From contig ML992507.1 of the NCBI GenBank assembly GCA_010093995.1, positions 1,237,868 to 1,301,867 on the forward strand: a stretch of DNA of 64,000 bases, given 5' to 3'. Every line of letters begins with the position of its first letter. Position 1 is the first letter of the stretch. The notes under the pieces were generated by a model. That model worked only from the letters and a program-made list of their open reading frames with translations, did no database searches and was not told where the DNA came from. Both the position numbers and the translations under genes were made by a program. This document shows positions 49,298 to 61,203 of the stretch, one piece after another. Source of the DNA: Elsinoe ampelina. Lineage: Eukaryota.

Positions 49298-51957
49298 TGT
49301 AAGGACTAACGTAGTAAGTATACTACGCTAGCTTACTCCGGAGATACTATTCTCTATAGAAGAATAAAACACTTCTCGCTTATAGAATAGATAGAGTAGA
49401 GATTAGTTTTACGACAATCGAGAGTATACTAGTATAACACCTATTCTACTCCTATATACTTGTCTTCCTAGCTCTAATATTCTATCTTTATTATAATTCT
49501 AATCTCTCTTATATTCTATTAGATAGAGCTATATAGATAAGATAGTACCCTATACTTAGCGCTAGCGAAACAACTAACTGCCGCTAGAGTAGCACTAGTA
49601 TAGACAACTCTCTAATAGCTTAGCTATTAGCGAGACATTTACTAAATTAGCTATAATCCTAGAGATAACTCCTATTAAAGATTACTAGGCTAGGGAAGAG
49701 CTAGCGCTAAGGCCGTACTATACTAATATAGCTTCTATAGGAAGTATAGCTAACATAGGAAATAATACTATATATAAAGTACTTCTTACTTATATCGCTT
49801 AGCTTAAGAATATACTTAGTAGTTGCTCCCTAGTTGTAGCGCTAGTACTATATAGTTGTTTTAATAATGTATAACTTAATAACATCTACCTAATAAACCT
49901 ATAAATCGTAAGAGAGTATATATTAAACTTATACTACTCTAAGGCCTTAGAGTCTACTATTATAGTAAGAGTTAAGGAATTTATATACATGTATAATAAT
50001 GTCTTTAAGATAGTACTAAATATCTACTTTAAAGAAGTTACTTAGTATTATATAGCTACTAGCTACTTAAAAGGTTAGCTTAGCTATAATTAGGACTTGT
50101 ATACTAAGAGTACTAGCGTTATACTCTTATAGAGCCTAATATAGTCCTAGCTTTAGGACTAAGCCTAGAGTTCTAAAAACTATAGTAATAGCTACGTAGT
50201 AAAGTTCTTTACATCGCGCTAGTATAGAGAATAGTCAATTACTAATTTCTATACGTTTCTCGATAGTTGTAAGTTCTATATTAAGATAGCACTACTCCTA
50301 AACGACGTCTACTATATATAGCTTATTACCTATACTACGCTAGAGCTACGCTTAGAAGTACTCTATTAGAGGAACCTACCCCTAATTAAGGTAGAACTCC
50401 TAGTATATCTATCCTGTTTAGAGTAGAACCTACTAGGCTACTTCGACTCTATATAGAGGTAGTATAAGCGTAACGCTAGAGAGAAGACTAATACTTTTAC
50501 TAAAAGGCCTCGCTATAACGAAGACTATAAGGGCCGAAAGGACTAGTAGAGTAGCGCTAATACTACCTCTATAGCTCCCCAACCTAGCGCTACTTACTCT
50601 TATAACATCTATAAGAGCCTAGACTATTATAAGAACTAACGTAGTAAGTACGCTATACTAGCTTACTCTAGAGATACTATTCTCTATAGGAGAATAAAAC
50701 ACTCCTCGCCTATAGAATAGATAGAGTAGAGATTAGTCTTATAGTAATCGAGAGTATACTAGTATAACACCTATTCTACTCCTATATACTTATCTTCCTA
50801 GCTCTAATATTCTATCTTTGTTATAATTCTAATCTCTCTTATATTCTATCGGATAGAGCTATATAGATAAGATAGTACCTCGTACTTAGCGCTAGTAAAA
50901 CGACTAACTACCGCTAGAGTAGTACTAGTATAGATAACTCTCTAATAGCTTAGCTATTAGCGAGACATTTACTAAATTAGCTATAACTCTAGAGATAACT
51001 CCTATTAAAGATTACTAGGCCGGGGAAGAGCTAGTACTAAGACTATACTACACTAATATAGCTTCTATAGGAAGTATAGCCGATACGGGAACTAATACTA
51101 TATACGAAGTACTTCTTACTTATATTACTTAGCTCGAGAATATACTTAGTAGTTACTTCCTAGTTATAGCGCCGGTGCTACGTAGTTGTTTCGATAATAT
51201 ATAACCTAATAACATTTGCCTAATAAACCTACAAATTGTAAGAGAGTATATACTAAACTTATGCTACTCTAAGGCCTTAGAGTCTACTATTATAGTAAGA
51301 GTTAAGGAATTTATACATATATATAATAACATCTTTAAGATAGTACTAAATATCTACTTTAAAGAAGTTACTTAGTACTATATAGCTACTAGCTACTTAA
51401 AAGGTTAGCTTAGCTATAATTAGGACTTATATACTAAGAGCGCTAGCGTTATACCCTTATAGAGCCTAATATAGTTCTAGCTTTAGAACTAAGTCTAGAG
51501 TCTCGAAAACTATAGTAATAGCTACGTAGTAAAGTTCTTTACGTCGCGCTAGCGTAGAGAATAGTCGATTACTAATTTCTATATATTCCTTAATAGTTGT
51601 AAGTCCTATATTAAGATAGCGCTACTCCTAGATAATGTCTACTATATATAGCTTATTACCTATACTACGCCGGAGCTATGCTTAGAAGTACTCTATTAGG
51701 GGAACCTACCCCTAATTAAGGTAGAACTTCTAGTATATCTATCCTGTTTAGAGTAGAACCTACCGGGCTACTCTAACTCTATATAAGGGTAGTATAAGTA
51801 TAACGCTAGAGAGAAGACTAATACTTTCGCTAAAAGGCCTTACTATAACAAAGACTATAAGGGCTAAAAGGACTAGTAGAGTAGCGCTAACGCTACCCCT
51901 ATAGCTCCCCGACCTAGCGCTACTTACTCTTATAATATCTATAAGAGCCTAGACTAT
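49298..51957 (+). repeat. Direct duplication of a 1330-bp LTR+gag unit (49298-50627 and 50628-51957)
   Basis: The copies align at a constant 1330-bp offset (gtagtaagta at 49311 and 50641; agactat ending at 50627 and 51957). The differences I checked are C/T and G/A transitions. Confidence 0.93.
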
Positions 51958-54900
51958 TAGGCGCTAAACTGTCCCTAGAAGGACTCTTTAAAACGGATAG
52001 TATCCTTACGTTTACTAATCCTAAGTAGCTCTAGCGTAATATAGAATATATACTAAATTCGCGCCGATGTTATAGTTAACCTACCTAAAGGCCCTATCGA
52101 AGGGGTAGCTCTAATAGATAGTAGCGCCGATAGTAACTTTATTAGCTAGTATTTTGCTATACGCTATTATATCGCCGTCGACCTCCTAGTAGTATACTAA
52201 GTACACGGCTTAGACAAATATAAATTAACTACCTATAGATATACTAAGTTAGCCTTCGCTATTAAGAATAGTAAAGGAATAATATAAGTGTCGCGCTAGT
52301 AGTTTAAAAGCGTTAATATAACTAGTTATAATCTTATATTAGGCCTACTATAGCTATTGTCCTATAACTCTAAGATTTAGTAGAGCGCTAGTACGTAGAG
52401 GCATTATACTAGCGCTATATAGGTATTAATCCTAGATATACTTTTCTTCTCCTAGGAGCTAAATTAGCCTAACGCCTAGCTCTACCTAGTATATGTACGC
52501 TAGGACGAACCTTGCGCCCTAACTCTACTATACTAGCTTAATAACTACGTAGATGTTTTTAATAAGAGTATAGTAATAGCGCTACTAAGTAATAATTTTA
52601 CTTACTCTATCGATATTAAAGAGAGAAAATAGCTACTCTAGGGACCTATCTACCCCCTCGGTAAGAAGGAGCTTTAGGTACTTCGAGAGTATATAGATAA
52701 TAGCTTAGTAATAGGTCGACTCTAGTATAGTACTAGCCCTACGGGGTCTTCTATCCTATTCGTCCCTAAGAAGGATAGTTTACTACGCCTATATATTAAC
52801 TATCGTAGGCTAAATAATGTTACTATTAAGAACTATTACCCCTTACCCCTAATTACTAAGATACTTAATTATATTAAGGGCGTATACTTATTTAGTAAGC
52901 TAGACCTTATAGATGTCTACTATAGAGTATACATCTAGCGTAGTAATAAATAGAAGATAGCGTTTCGCTATTACTATAGCTACTTTAAATATACTATTAT
53001 ACCTTTTAGCCTTACTAATACTCTAGCTATATTCTAGACTTATATATATTAGTACTTAAGTAGCTTAGTAGACTACTACTATATTATGTACCTAGACGAT
53101 ATTCTAATCTACGCTAGCGACAAGTAAGAGTATTACTAGACTATTAGGAGCGTACTAGACCGCCTATGTAAGAATAGCCTCTATATAAAACTAAAGAAGT
53201 ATATCTTTAAGGTAATATAGGTAGTATTTCTAGGCTATATTATTAGTAGTAATAATATTATAATAGAGTAGCCCTAGGTATAAGCTATTACTAACTAGCC
53301 TACCCCTACTAGCCTTAAGAAGTTATAAACCTTTCTTAGATTTGCTAATTTCTATTATTAATTTATTAAGGGCTTTTCCTATATAGCGCTATTACTAACT
53401 ATACTTATATAAGAGTTAGTCTAAAGGAAGTAAGTAGGCCTATTTCTATAGAGTAATAACGTAGTATAGGCCTTTAATAGGCTTAAAGCTACCTTTACGT
53501 AAGTGCCTATACTACGCTACTTTTTATTAGATAAGCTCCTCTAGCTTAAGACTAACGCTTTAGATTTTGTACTCTCCGGAGTAATCTCCTAGTAAAATAA
53601 AGATAATACCCCTACGTAATACTAGTACTCTATAGTGTTCTAGTCCCGGAAGCTATAAGATATAGAACTAAACTACATTACCTACGATAAAGAGCTTCTT
53701 ACTATTATAGAAGCGGCATAGTACTAGCGCTAGTACCTACTTAGCGCTACTACCCTAATTAAAGTTCTCTCTAACTATAATAACCTTAGGTATTTTCTAA
53801 CTACTAAGAAGCTTTTATAGCGCTAGGCCTACTACGCCGAGGTACTAGCGTAGTTTAATATTGTTATCTAGTACTATAGTAGAAAGACTAACCTAGCTAA
53901 TAGCCTATTATATAGGCCTAACTACTATAAGTATAAAGAAGGTATATAGGAAAAGCGCTATATATTAGTCTCTCTCTTAGAGTAAGCGTTATAAACGTAA
54001 AGTAAAGGAGTTATACCTATATCTATTATAGATAAGAAACCTAAAGCTAGTAGAGCCTAGAAAGATAGTAATAAAGCTAGTATAGCTTATATGCCTTAAA
54101 CTGCTCCCTAATGTAACGTGCTTATATAATTCTAGCGTACCTCTAGAATAGCGCCTATAAGTCTACCTATTACCTTAGGAGTACTATAGCTATACTAATA
54201 AGAGTTAGAGCCTCTAGAGTAAGAAGAGTAGCACCTAGAGAGTACTTATATAAATCTCTCTCTAAGCTTAACTAGCAATATTAAATTAGAATAATATATA
54301 TCTACCTTAGTATCCTAGGACATACTACTACTCGCCTAGGAAATAATAGAGAGCTAAGGGCATAAAGATAGTATAATGCCCGCGTAACTCTAGAATACCT
54401 CTAGTAGAAAGCCCGCTATAATTTTAAACTAGAGTTAGTAGATTACGCACCTCTATACTATATAAGTACTAGTAGATAAGACTATATATACCTCTTCTAC
54501 TTCTATGTCGCTCCGGGACCTTATCTATATAGTATAGTAAAGGGATACCTTTACTTATAGTAAGAAATAGAAACTTCTAAAAGAGAGAACCTTAACTAGT
54601 AATAGTGCTACCTCTAAGTAGAGCCTATCTAGCGATAGCTTACTCCGGAACGGAGATAGAGTATATATCCTAGAAGAAACTACCCTAAGAGTAGAGCTTA
54701 TATAGCGTAATTATAATAATCTCTTAGGGAGTTACTTTAGCTATATAAAGACTTACCTTAATATAAGAAGGAAGTACTAGTAGCTAGGTATATCCGTCGC
54801 TACGAAAGTGTATATCGAGCGCTACGATAGCTACTAAAGGTATAAGGTAATATAGTATAAGCCTTATAGCCTTCTATAACTCTTACTAATCCCGCCTATA

Positions 54901-55092
54901 CTCGAGGCCTTATAATACTAGTTACTCGATTTTATTACTAGCTTACTCCTAGTAGAGCTCTAGCCTAGTATTATTATAGATACAATTATTGTATATGTCT
55001 ATTACTTATCTAAGTTTAGTATCTATACGCCGACGTCGACTAAGCTTAACGCTAGGGACTTTACTAATCTATTTAAAATTAGAGTAGTTTTT
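50628..55092 (+). mobile_element. RIP-inactivated Ty3/Gypsy LTR retrotransposon (gag-PR-RT-RH-IN), truncated in integrase
   Basis: Protease ALIDS(G)ADSNFIS near 52110; RT GPIYPL, ILFVPKKD(G), YPLPLI and YLDDILIY near 53090; RNase H (E)T(D)A(S) near 53550; integrase LDFIT(G)L near 54930. Domain order is Gypsy-type. Confidence 0.92.
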
Positions 55093-55329
55093 AGGTAGAT
55101 ATAGTACTATATTAGGTAGAGGTTAGATATAAAAGCTTAGTAGAAAGGAGTTACCCTAGGTTAGGTACTATACTAAGGTAGGTAGGGTTAGTATATAGTT
55201 ATAGTATTACCCTTAGGGAGAGAGTACCTAACCTAGTACCTACCTAATAGTACCTAATAGGTTAGTAGTTAAAGCGCTTACTCTATAGCTTAGCGTGTTA
55301 CTATACCTTACAAATTTTTAGGCCTAACT

Positions 55330-57800
55330 TTATTACGCTACTTTATTACGTAAGGGAAGGTAGTAAGTAAAATATATAAATTATACTAGAAGTATAAATA
55401 CAATCTAGCTAGTAAATCCGCTAACGCTTTCTACTAGGATACTATTAACCTCTCTATGCTCTCTCTCTCTCTAATTTAGAGTAGTTATTATTACTATAGC
55501 TTAGTACTATAGTAATATTATCTAGTTAATCTATATTAGTCCTTAATAACAATTTAAGTAAATCGTTAGTATTAGTAGCCTTATTCTCTATCTCTAGTTC
55601 TATATTAATCCGTCCTAATAGCAAGGCTACTTTAAGCTTATACTTTAACATTATAAGCTACTAAATAGTTTAGGCTACTAATTTATACCTCCGCGTACTA
55701 ATAATATTCTTTATAATATTAAATACTTACTTAACTCTAACCCCTATAATTAGGATTACTAGAATATCTTTTGCTATATATAATAGTAATAGATATTCTT
55801 CCTTCTTCTCTTTCTACTACTATAAGATATTAAGTTTCTAAATATAGACTAGTAGTGTCGTAAGGTAGTCCTTACCTTCTTTAACTATAGTACGCTTCGA
55901 GGGAATAAATAAGAAGTATAGACTATTACTTTATAGTAATAGAGTATAACCTTACTCCTTTCGTTTTAGTTAGTTAAACTAGTCTCGTTACTAGTAATAT
56001 AATAGCTTAGGGGTAAAGGCTAGTAAAGTAATTAAGAGGTCTATCTTATTATACTAACGAAGGTACTATAAGAACTCCTTATAATAGTAGTCTTTATAGT
56101 AAAGTTCCTAAGTCTCTATATCCTAAGTATTATTAGCTACTACTTACTAGAAAGACTATAGGCGCTTATATTATATGCTATAAGCTTCTTAGAGGAGTTA
56201 AGAATTGTTATATAGTTATAGAGTATGCCCTTCCTGTCCTTAGTTTATATATAGTATTTCTTAAGCTTCTCTTGTCCCTTTACTACTATCTTTTATATAG
56301 TAGCTAGCTATATAGGTAGATTATTATAATTCTTAGTACTAATTAGGCCCTCTTTAATTTTGTCTAAGAAGTTAAAGAGTATATTATATATCGTCTATAT
56401 ATACTAGAGAAGAGGTTGGCTACTAGTACTTAGCTATATTATTACTTTCTTAAAGTTCTCTAGTATTACTATAATAGATTTAAGATACTACTACTTATTC
56501 GGATTAAGTAATAACTTAGTAAGGTTATAGTTATTAACGTTAGAGAGCAGTTTAGATATTAATACCTTAGAAGAAGTCCTTAGTACTTAGAGTATAGTCT
56601 TATTCTCGAGCTAATTCTTAATAAAAGGTTTAAGCTTTAATACTTACTTATATATATTATATGTTAAATTCTAGTGTATCTTAATATTATATATAACTTA
56701 GTACCTCTTCTTAGGTAGTAGATACTTCTAGAGGTCTATAAATTATTTAAACTATTATAGAGAACTATTAATTATAATATATATTATATAGAGCTTACTA
56801 ATATTAGAACGTAATAAAATAATATAATAAATGTTATATACCTTCTATAGTAAATTTAGAATAGAGACTAATATTATAATATCCTAGATATAGTAGTTTT
56901 ATAACCTCTCTACTATATTAATCTCTTTACTTGTCTTAAGTTTTAGATGCTTAATAATGTCCTATATAATAAGATTAATAATATATACTAGGTATAGAAT
57001 TATATTTTTCTTTATATTCTACTTAATATCTAGTATATCTAGGCTTCTTTCGAGAGACTCTCGGAGTGTTTTATTATTTAATATATTATCTACTATAACT
57101 ACAAGTAGTTATTGCTTAACCGATATATCTTTTAGTACCTATATTACCTTATTTACTATAGCTTTACTAGTATAGCAACCTCGAAGAAGTATTATTTCTA
57201 GGAGCTACTCTTATAATTACTATTAGTTATTAATAAAATAGCCTTTAATTATAATAAACCCTAAGTAGTTATTAGTAGACTATCTATCTAACGCTATTAA
57301 AAGCTTAGTGTTCTTACTAAGGTTAGAGAGTAGTAATTTTTATAACCTCTCGAATTATGCTACTAGTGTTACTTAAAAAAGAGTCTAGCTAGGTATAGTA
57401 ATATTAGGTCGGAGAAAGTAGAGGAATTAGCTAAAGGTAAGATACTTAACTATATAGAAAGACTAGTTATAGTTAGTAACTACGCGAATAAGCTTATAGT
57501 AGAAAGTGTCGATAGAGAATAGAGAGATAATTTAGTAAATGCTCTTTATATACTATTATAATTACTTAAGGGCTTTTTAGGTAGGGCTTTACTCGTAGCA
57601 GTACTTAACAACTATAGTACATTTCTAGGACTTAAGATGTCTCTCTATTACTTTATTACTAGTATAATAGTAAGTAGGATAAGTAAGTATATTACTATAC
57701 CTATTATAAATAACTTATAGTTCTCTATTATAAATCTTAGTAGCTTCTATAATATTTGCCTATAGACCTCTAGAACGTGCTTTAGAATTCTAATTTAGTA
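55330..57800 (-). mobile_element. RIP-inactivated hAT-family transposase
   Basis: The de-RIPed minus strand gives (S)IALD(GW)ST..LGFI.IKGYFI at about 57300-57225 and the C-terminal dimerisation motif AKDIL(A)I(P)I.GV(G)V(ER)VFN...RR at about 55780-55690. A possible BED-type C/H cluster lies near 57690-57630. Ends are not resolved. Confidence 0.8.
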
Positions 57801-59204
57801 TATTTTTCGTGCCTTCTCTATATATAGATACTATAATTGTTTAACTCTACTAGTCTTTCTAGACTTATTATAGAGGTTAATTCTTAGATCTCTTACTAGG
57901 TTAAAAAGGCAAGTATTTAAGAAGTTATAATTGTTATATCTTACTATTATATCTAATATTCTAAGCGGAGATTATAAAGCTATATAATTCTACTAGAATA
58001 GCTAGAGAGAAATATATAGTATCTCTAAGTTATAGGTCAAGTACTAACTTAAAGTTAGAAGCTTTAGACATGTCAATTAGTATAGATTATATTATTTAAT
58101 AAAGGTAAATAACTTATTATAGAATATTTAGTAACGTGTTTATAATACGTAATAATAAATTCTATACTATACTATAGAAACTTTAAAGTAAGAGGTATAT
58201 TAATTTCTATAGGCTAGACTTATATTATATAAGGGCTAAGGAATAGGTAATATAATTAAAATTAAAAGCATATCTATATTAGGGTAGAGTAGAAAATTTT
58301 TAAAATTAAAGGTATATCTATATTATAAAAAACCTACTAAAGCTATTAGCCCGCCGATGCTTTATTTACATTATACTACTAAACTAGTTACTAGAAGAAT
58401 TAGAACTATTAAGATCCTTAGGATTTAGAATTATCTAGCTCGTTCTACTAGCGTTTAACGCTATAGCGTATATTAAAGATTATAATCTAATCCTAGATAA
58501 GATTAAGATAGTAACGATTAAGTATATACTATATGTTAATAAGGTTAAAAATATTATTAGTCTAGGAGCTATTATACTAATACTTATTAGAGAATATAGT
58601 AGTATTAGATTAGGAATACTAATAAAGTTATAAGGGGTATTATAAGAGTAATAGGCCTTATAGCAAAGTTTAGAGCCTCTATTGTTATTATAGATATAAG
58701 TAGTCTACCTTTCCTCGCTATTAATAAATTACTTAGTTATATAGTAGATATAAGCTTTACACTAATATAAGTATAGTAGCCTAGCGTAGTTACTACGAGT
58801 TATAGTACAAAGCTAGTAGGGGATTAGATCTCCTAGGTTAGAATAGAGTTATATACGAGAAGCTATAATAATAAGAAAGAGAGGTTTTAGAAAGAAGAAT
58901 AAATAGGAACGAGATAGTATATATATCTAGTACCTCCTATTGTTTATAGTAATAATAGTAATAGAAATCTATCGTTAGAAGTAATAATATAGATAATTTA
59001 CTATTGTTAGAGGTAACAATTAGAAGTATAAATAATAATAGTAGCTATATAGAAAGAGATCTCGTTATAAAACTTAAATCTATAAAAGGGCTAGACTATA
59101 CTATAGATTAAACTACTTAGTAGTTAATTATAGTATAGAAAATCTACTAGTTAAAGCTAGTAAATTTATCTTCCTTAGTATCGACTATTTCCTTATCTTC
59201 TTTC

Positions 59205-59400
59205 TTATTATTATTCTTATTATTATTCTTATTATTATTCTTNNNNNNNNNNNNNNNNNNNNNNNNNNNNNNNNNNNNNNNNNNNNNNNNNNNNNNNNNN
59301 NNNNNNNTTATTATTCTTATTATTATTCTTATTATTATTCTTATTATTATTCTTATTATTATTCTTATTATTATTCTTATTATTATTCTTATTATTATTC
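59205..59400. repeat. (TTATTATTC)n microsatellite spanning an assembly gap (N at 59243-59307)
   Basis: The same 9-nt unit is present on both sides of 65 Ns. Confidence 0.95.
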
Positions 59401-60580
59401 TTCTTCTTATCTCTACTCTCTAAAGAACTCTCTACTTTAACTCTCTCTCTCTTATTAATAATCTTATTCTTATTAGAGAAAAACCTCTTAAACTTTGTAT
59501 ATTACTTATCTATCTCGTACTTATTAGCTAGTTTCTTAATCTTAGAGTTATAGTCTAGCTTATATACTTCTTTATACTTGTTATTGTTATTAGGCTTTAT
59601 ATATTTACCTTTATCTATAAGATAGATTAGCTCGAGTAGTTAATACTTAGCTAGAGGTGTAGAATTATAAGCTCTACTATTTATTAGTATACTAACGTAA
59701 TAATAATATATAATAATAATAGAGAACTTATTACTAGTTAGAATTAGAGATAGTAGTAAGCCTACTCTCCTTACTAAGTTTCTAGATAAACTTTAAGTAC
59801 TTCTTCTTAGTATTCTTATTAGTACCTTTATTAATAGTAAGCTTAGTAGCGCTAGCTATATAGATCTTACGCTTAAGCTTCTTAAGAATTCTACTAGAAC
59901 TATATATCTACTTAGCTACTCTTAATATGTTATTCTCCTTGCTAGACTTAGTAGTATAAGCTACCTTTACCTTTATAAGAACTTCTATATACTTTTAATA
60001 TATAGCAAATTTTCTAATACACTACTATTTAATATAGACTTTTCTAAACTTACTAGATAGCTATTTATCTATAATCTATTAGTGTTAAATGTAATAATAT
60101 AGTAGTATAATTATATAGCTTTACTAGGCGTCGAAATAGCGCTACTCTATTTCCTTAATCTTTTCTATAAGAAGTTCTACCTTTACTTCTTTACTAAGGT
60201 TCTAGACTTAAGTATTTATATTAAACTTCTTAAGCAAATTCCTCTTTATGCTATAATTAGTATCTCTAGCTACTTTAAGTGCCTTAACCTTAGCTAACTA
60301 TTAAGTATCTTTATCTCGGCGTATAATATTCTAAATATTCTACTTTAAAGACTTACTTAAACCTACTTTAAAACTAGTTAGACAACTACGATATACCTTA
60401 CTACCTTAACTACGCTAAAGGATCTAGTATTTGATTTTAGCCTACTTAGACCTAAAGCCCTATACTTATTGTTAAGCACTTAGCTTAGAAGCTTATAACT
60501 ATAGTAAGGTATTATTGTTAGGAAGACTACTAGGCTATCTCTAGCAGATAGAGGCTTACTAAGCCTTAGCATTAGCTATG

Positions 60581-60688
60581 GTACCTACTATAGTACCTAC
60601 TATAGCCTTAACTATAGTACCTACTATAGTATCTACTATAGTGTCTACTATAGTATCTACTGTAGTGTCTACTATAGTATCTACTATA
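60581..60688. repeat. 12-bp tandem repeat, about 9 degenerate copies (GTAYCTACTATA)
   Basis: gtacctactata gtacctactata gccttaactata gtacctactata gtatctactata gtgtctactata ... Confidence 0.85.
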
Positions 60689-61203
60689 ATAGGTCCCCTA
60701 GCCTAAACAAACAAAAGGCCTACCTCTAGGCCTTATTACCGTCATTAATTACATGCTATTATTACCTAAAGTACTACTATTAGGGTGCCACGAATAGAAA
60801 TATTACTCTAAATAGTCGAGTTATAAAGGAAAACACCTGTAGTTAGAAGCTCTATTTATAGATCTAGGTAAGCTAGTCCGTCTACTCCCGTTTTAGTCTA
60901 TAGTCTATAGCTAGTTAGGTCTAGTGTCGGGGGACACTATTCTATAGTCTAGAAGAGATCTAAAGACTCCTCTAGTAGCGAAGCCTAAAGCTTCGTTATC
61001 TTATAAAACTCCGTCCTATCTAGTGTATAAGGCTAAGACTACGTAGGTATTATATAAGCTAAACTCTATGCTTTAAACTATACTATACTATTTTTCTATA
61101 CTATGCCTCGCTATTCCGTACTATACTCTTAATATACTATTCTATTGTGCTATATTCGAAGGAGAAGGGAGAGTGTTATAGTTAAGTATCGAGTTAGAAG
61201 TAG

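Noticed and set aside
55093..55311. Possible solo LTR or hAT terminus ending ...ccttaca
   Set aside because: No partner repeat or target duplication found by eye; left unassigned.
56957..57175. 72-aa ORF in the AT-rich block
   Set aside because: I/Y/L/S-rich chance ORF antisense to the RIPed hAT transposase.
60581..60688. Short repeat array considered as CRISPR-like
   Set aside because: Contiguous 12-bp units with no spacers, in RIPed eukaryotic DNA.
61158..61200. Purine tract followed by TGTTA, resembling a PPT plus LTR start
   Set aside because: No matching second LTR or pol upstream in the window, and the long minus-strand frame extends to about 61204.
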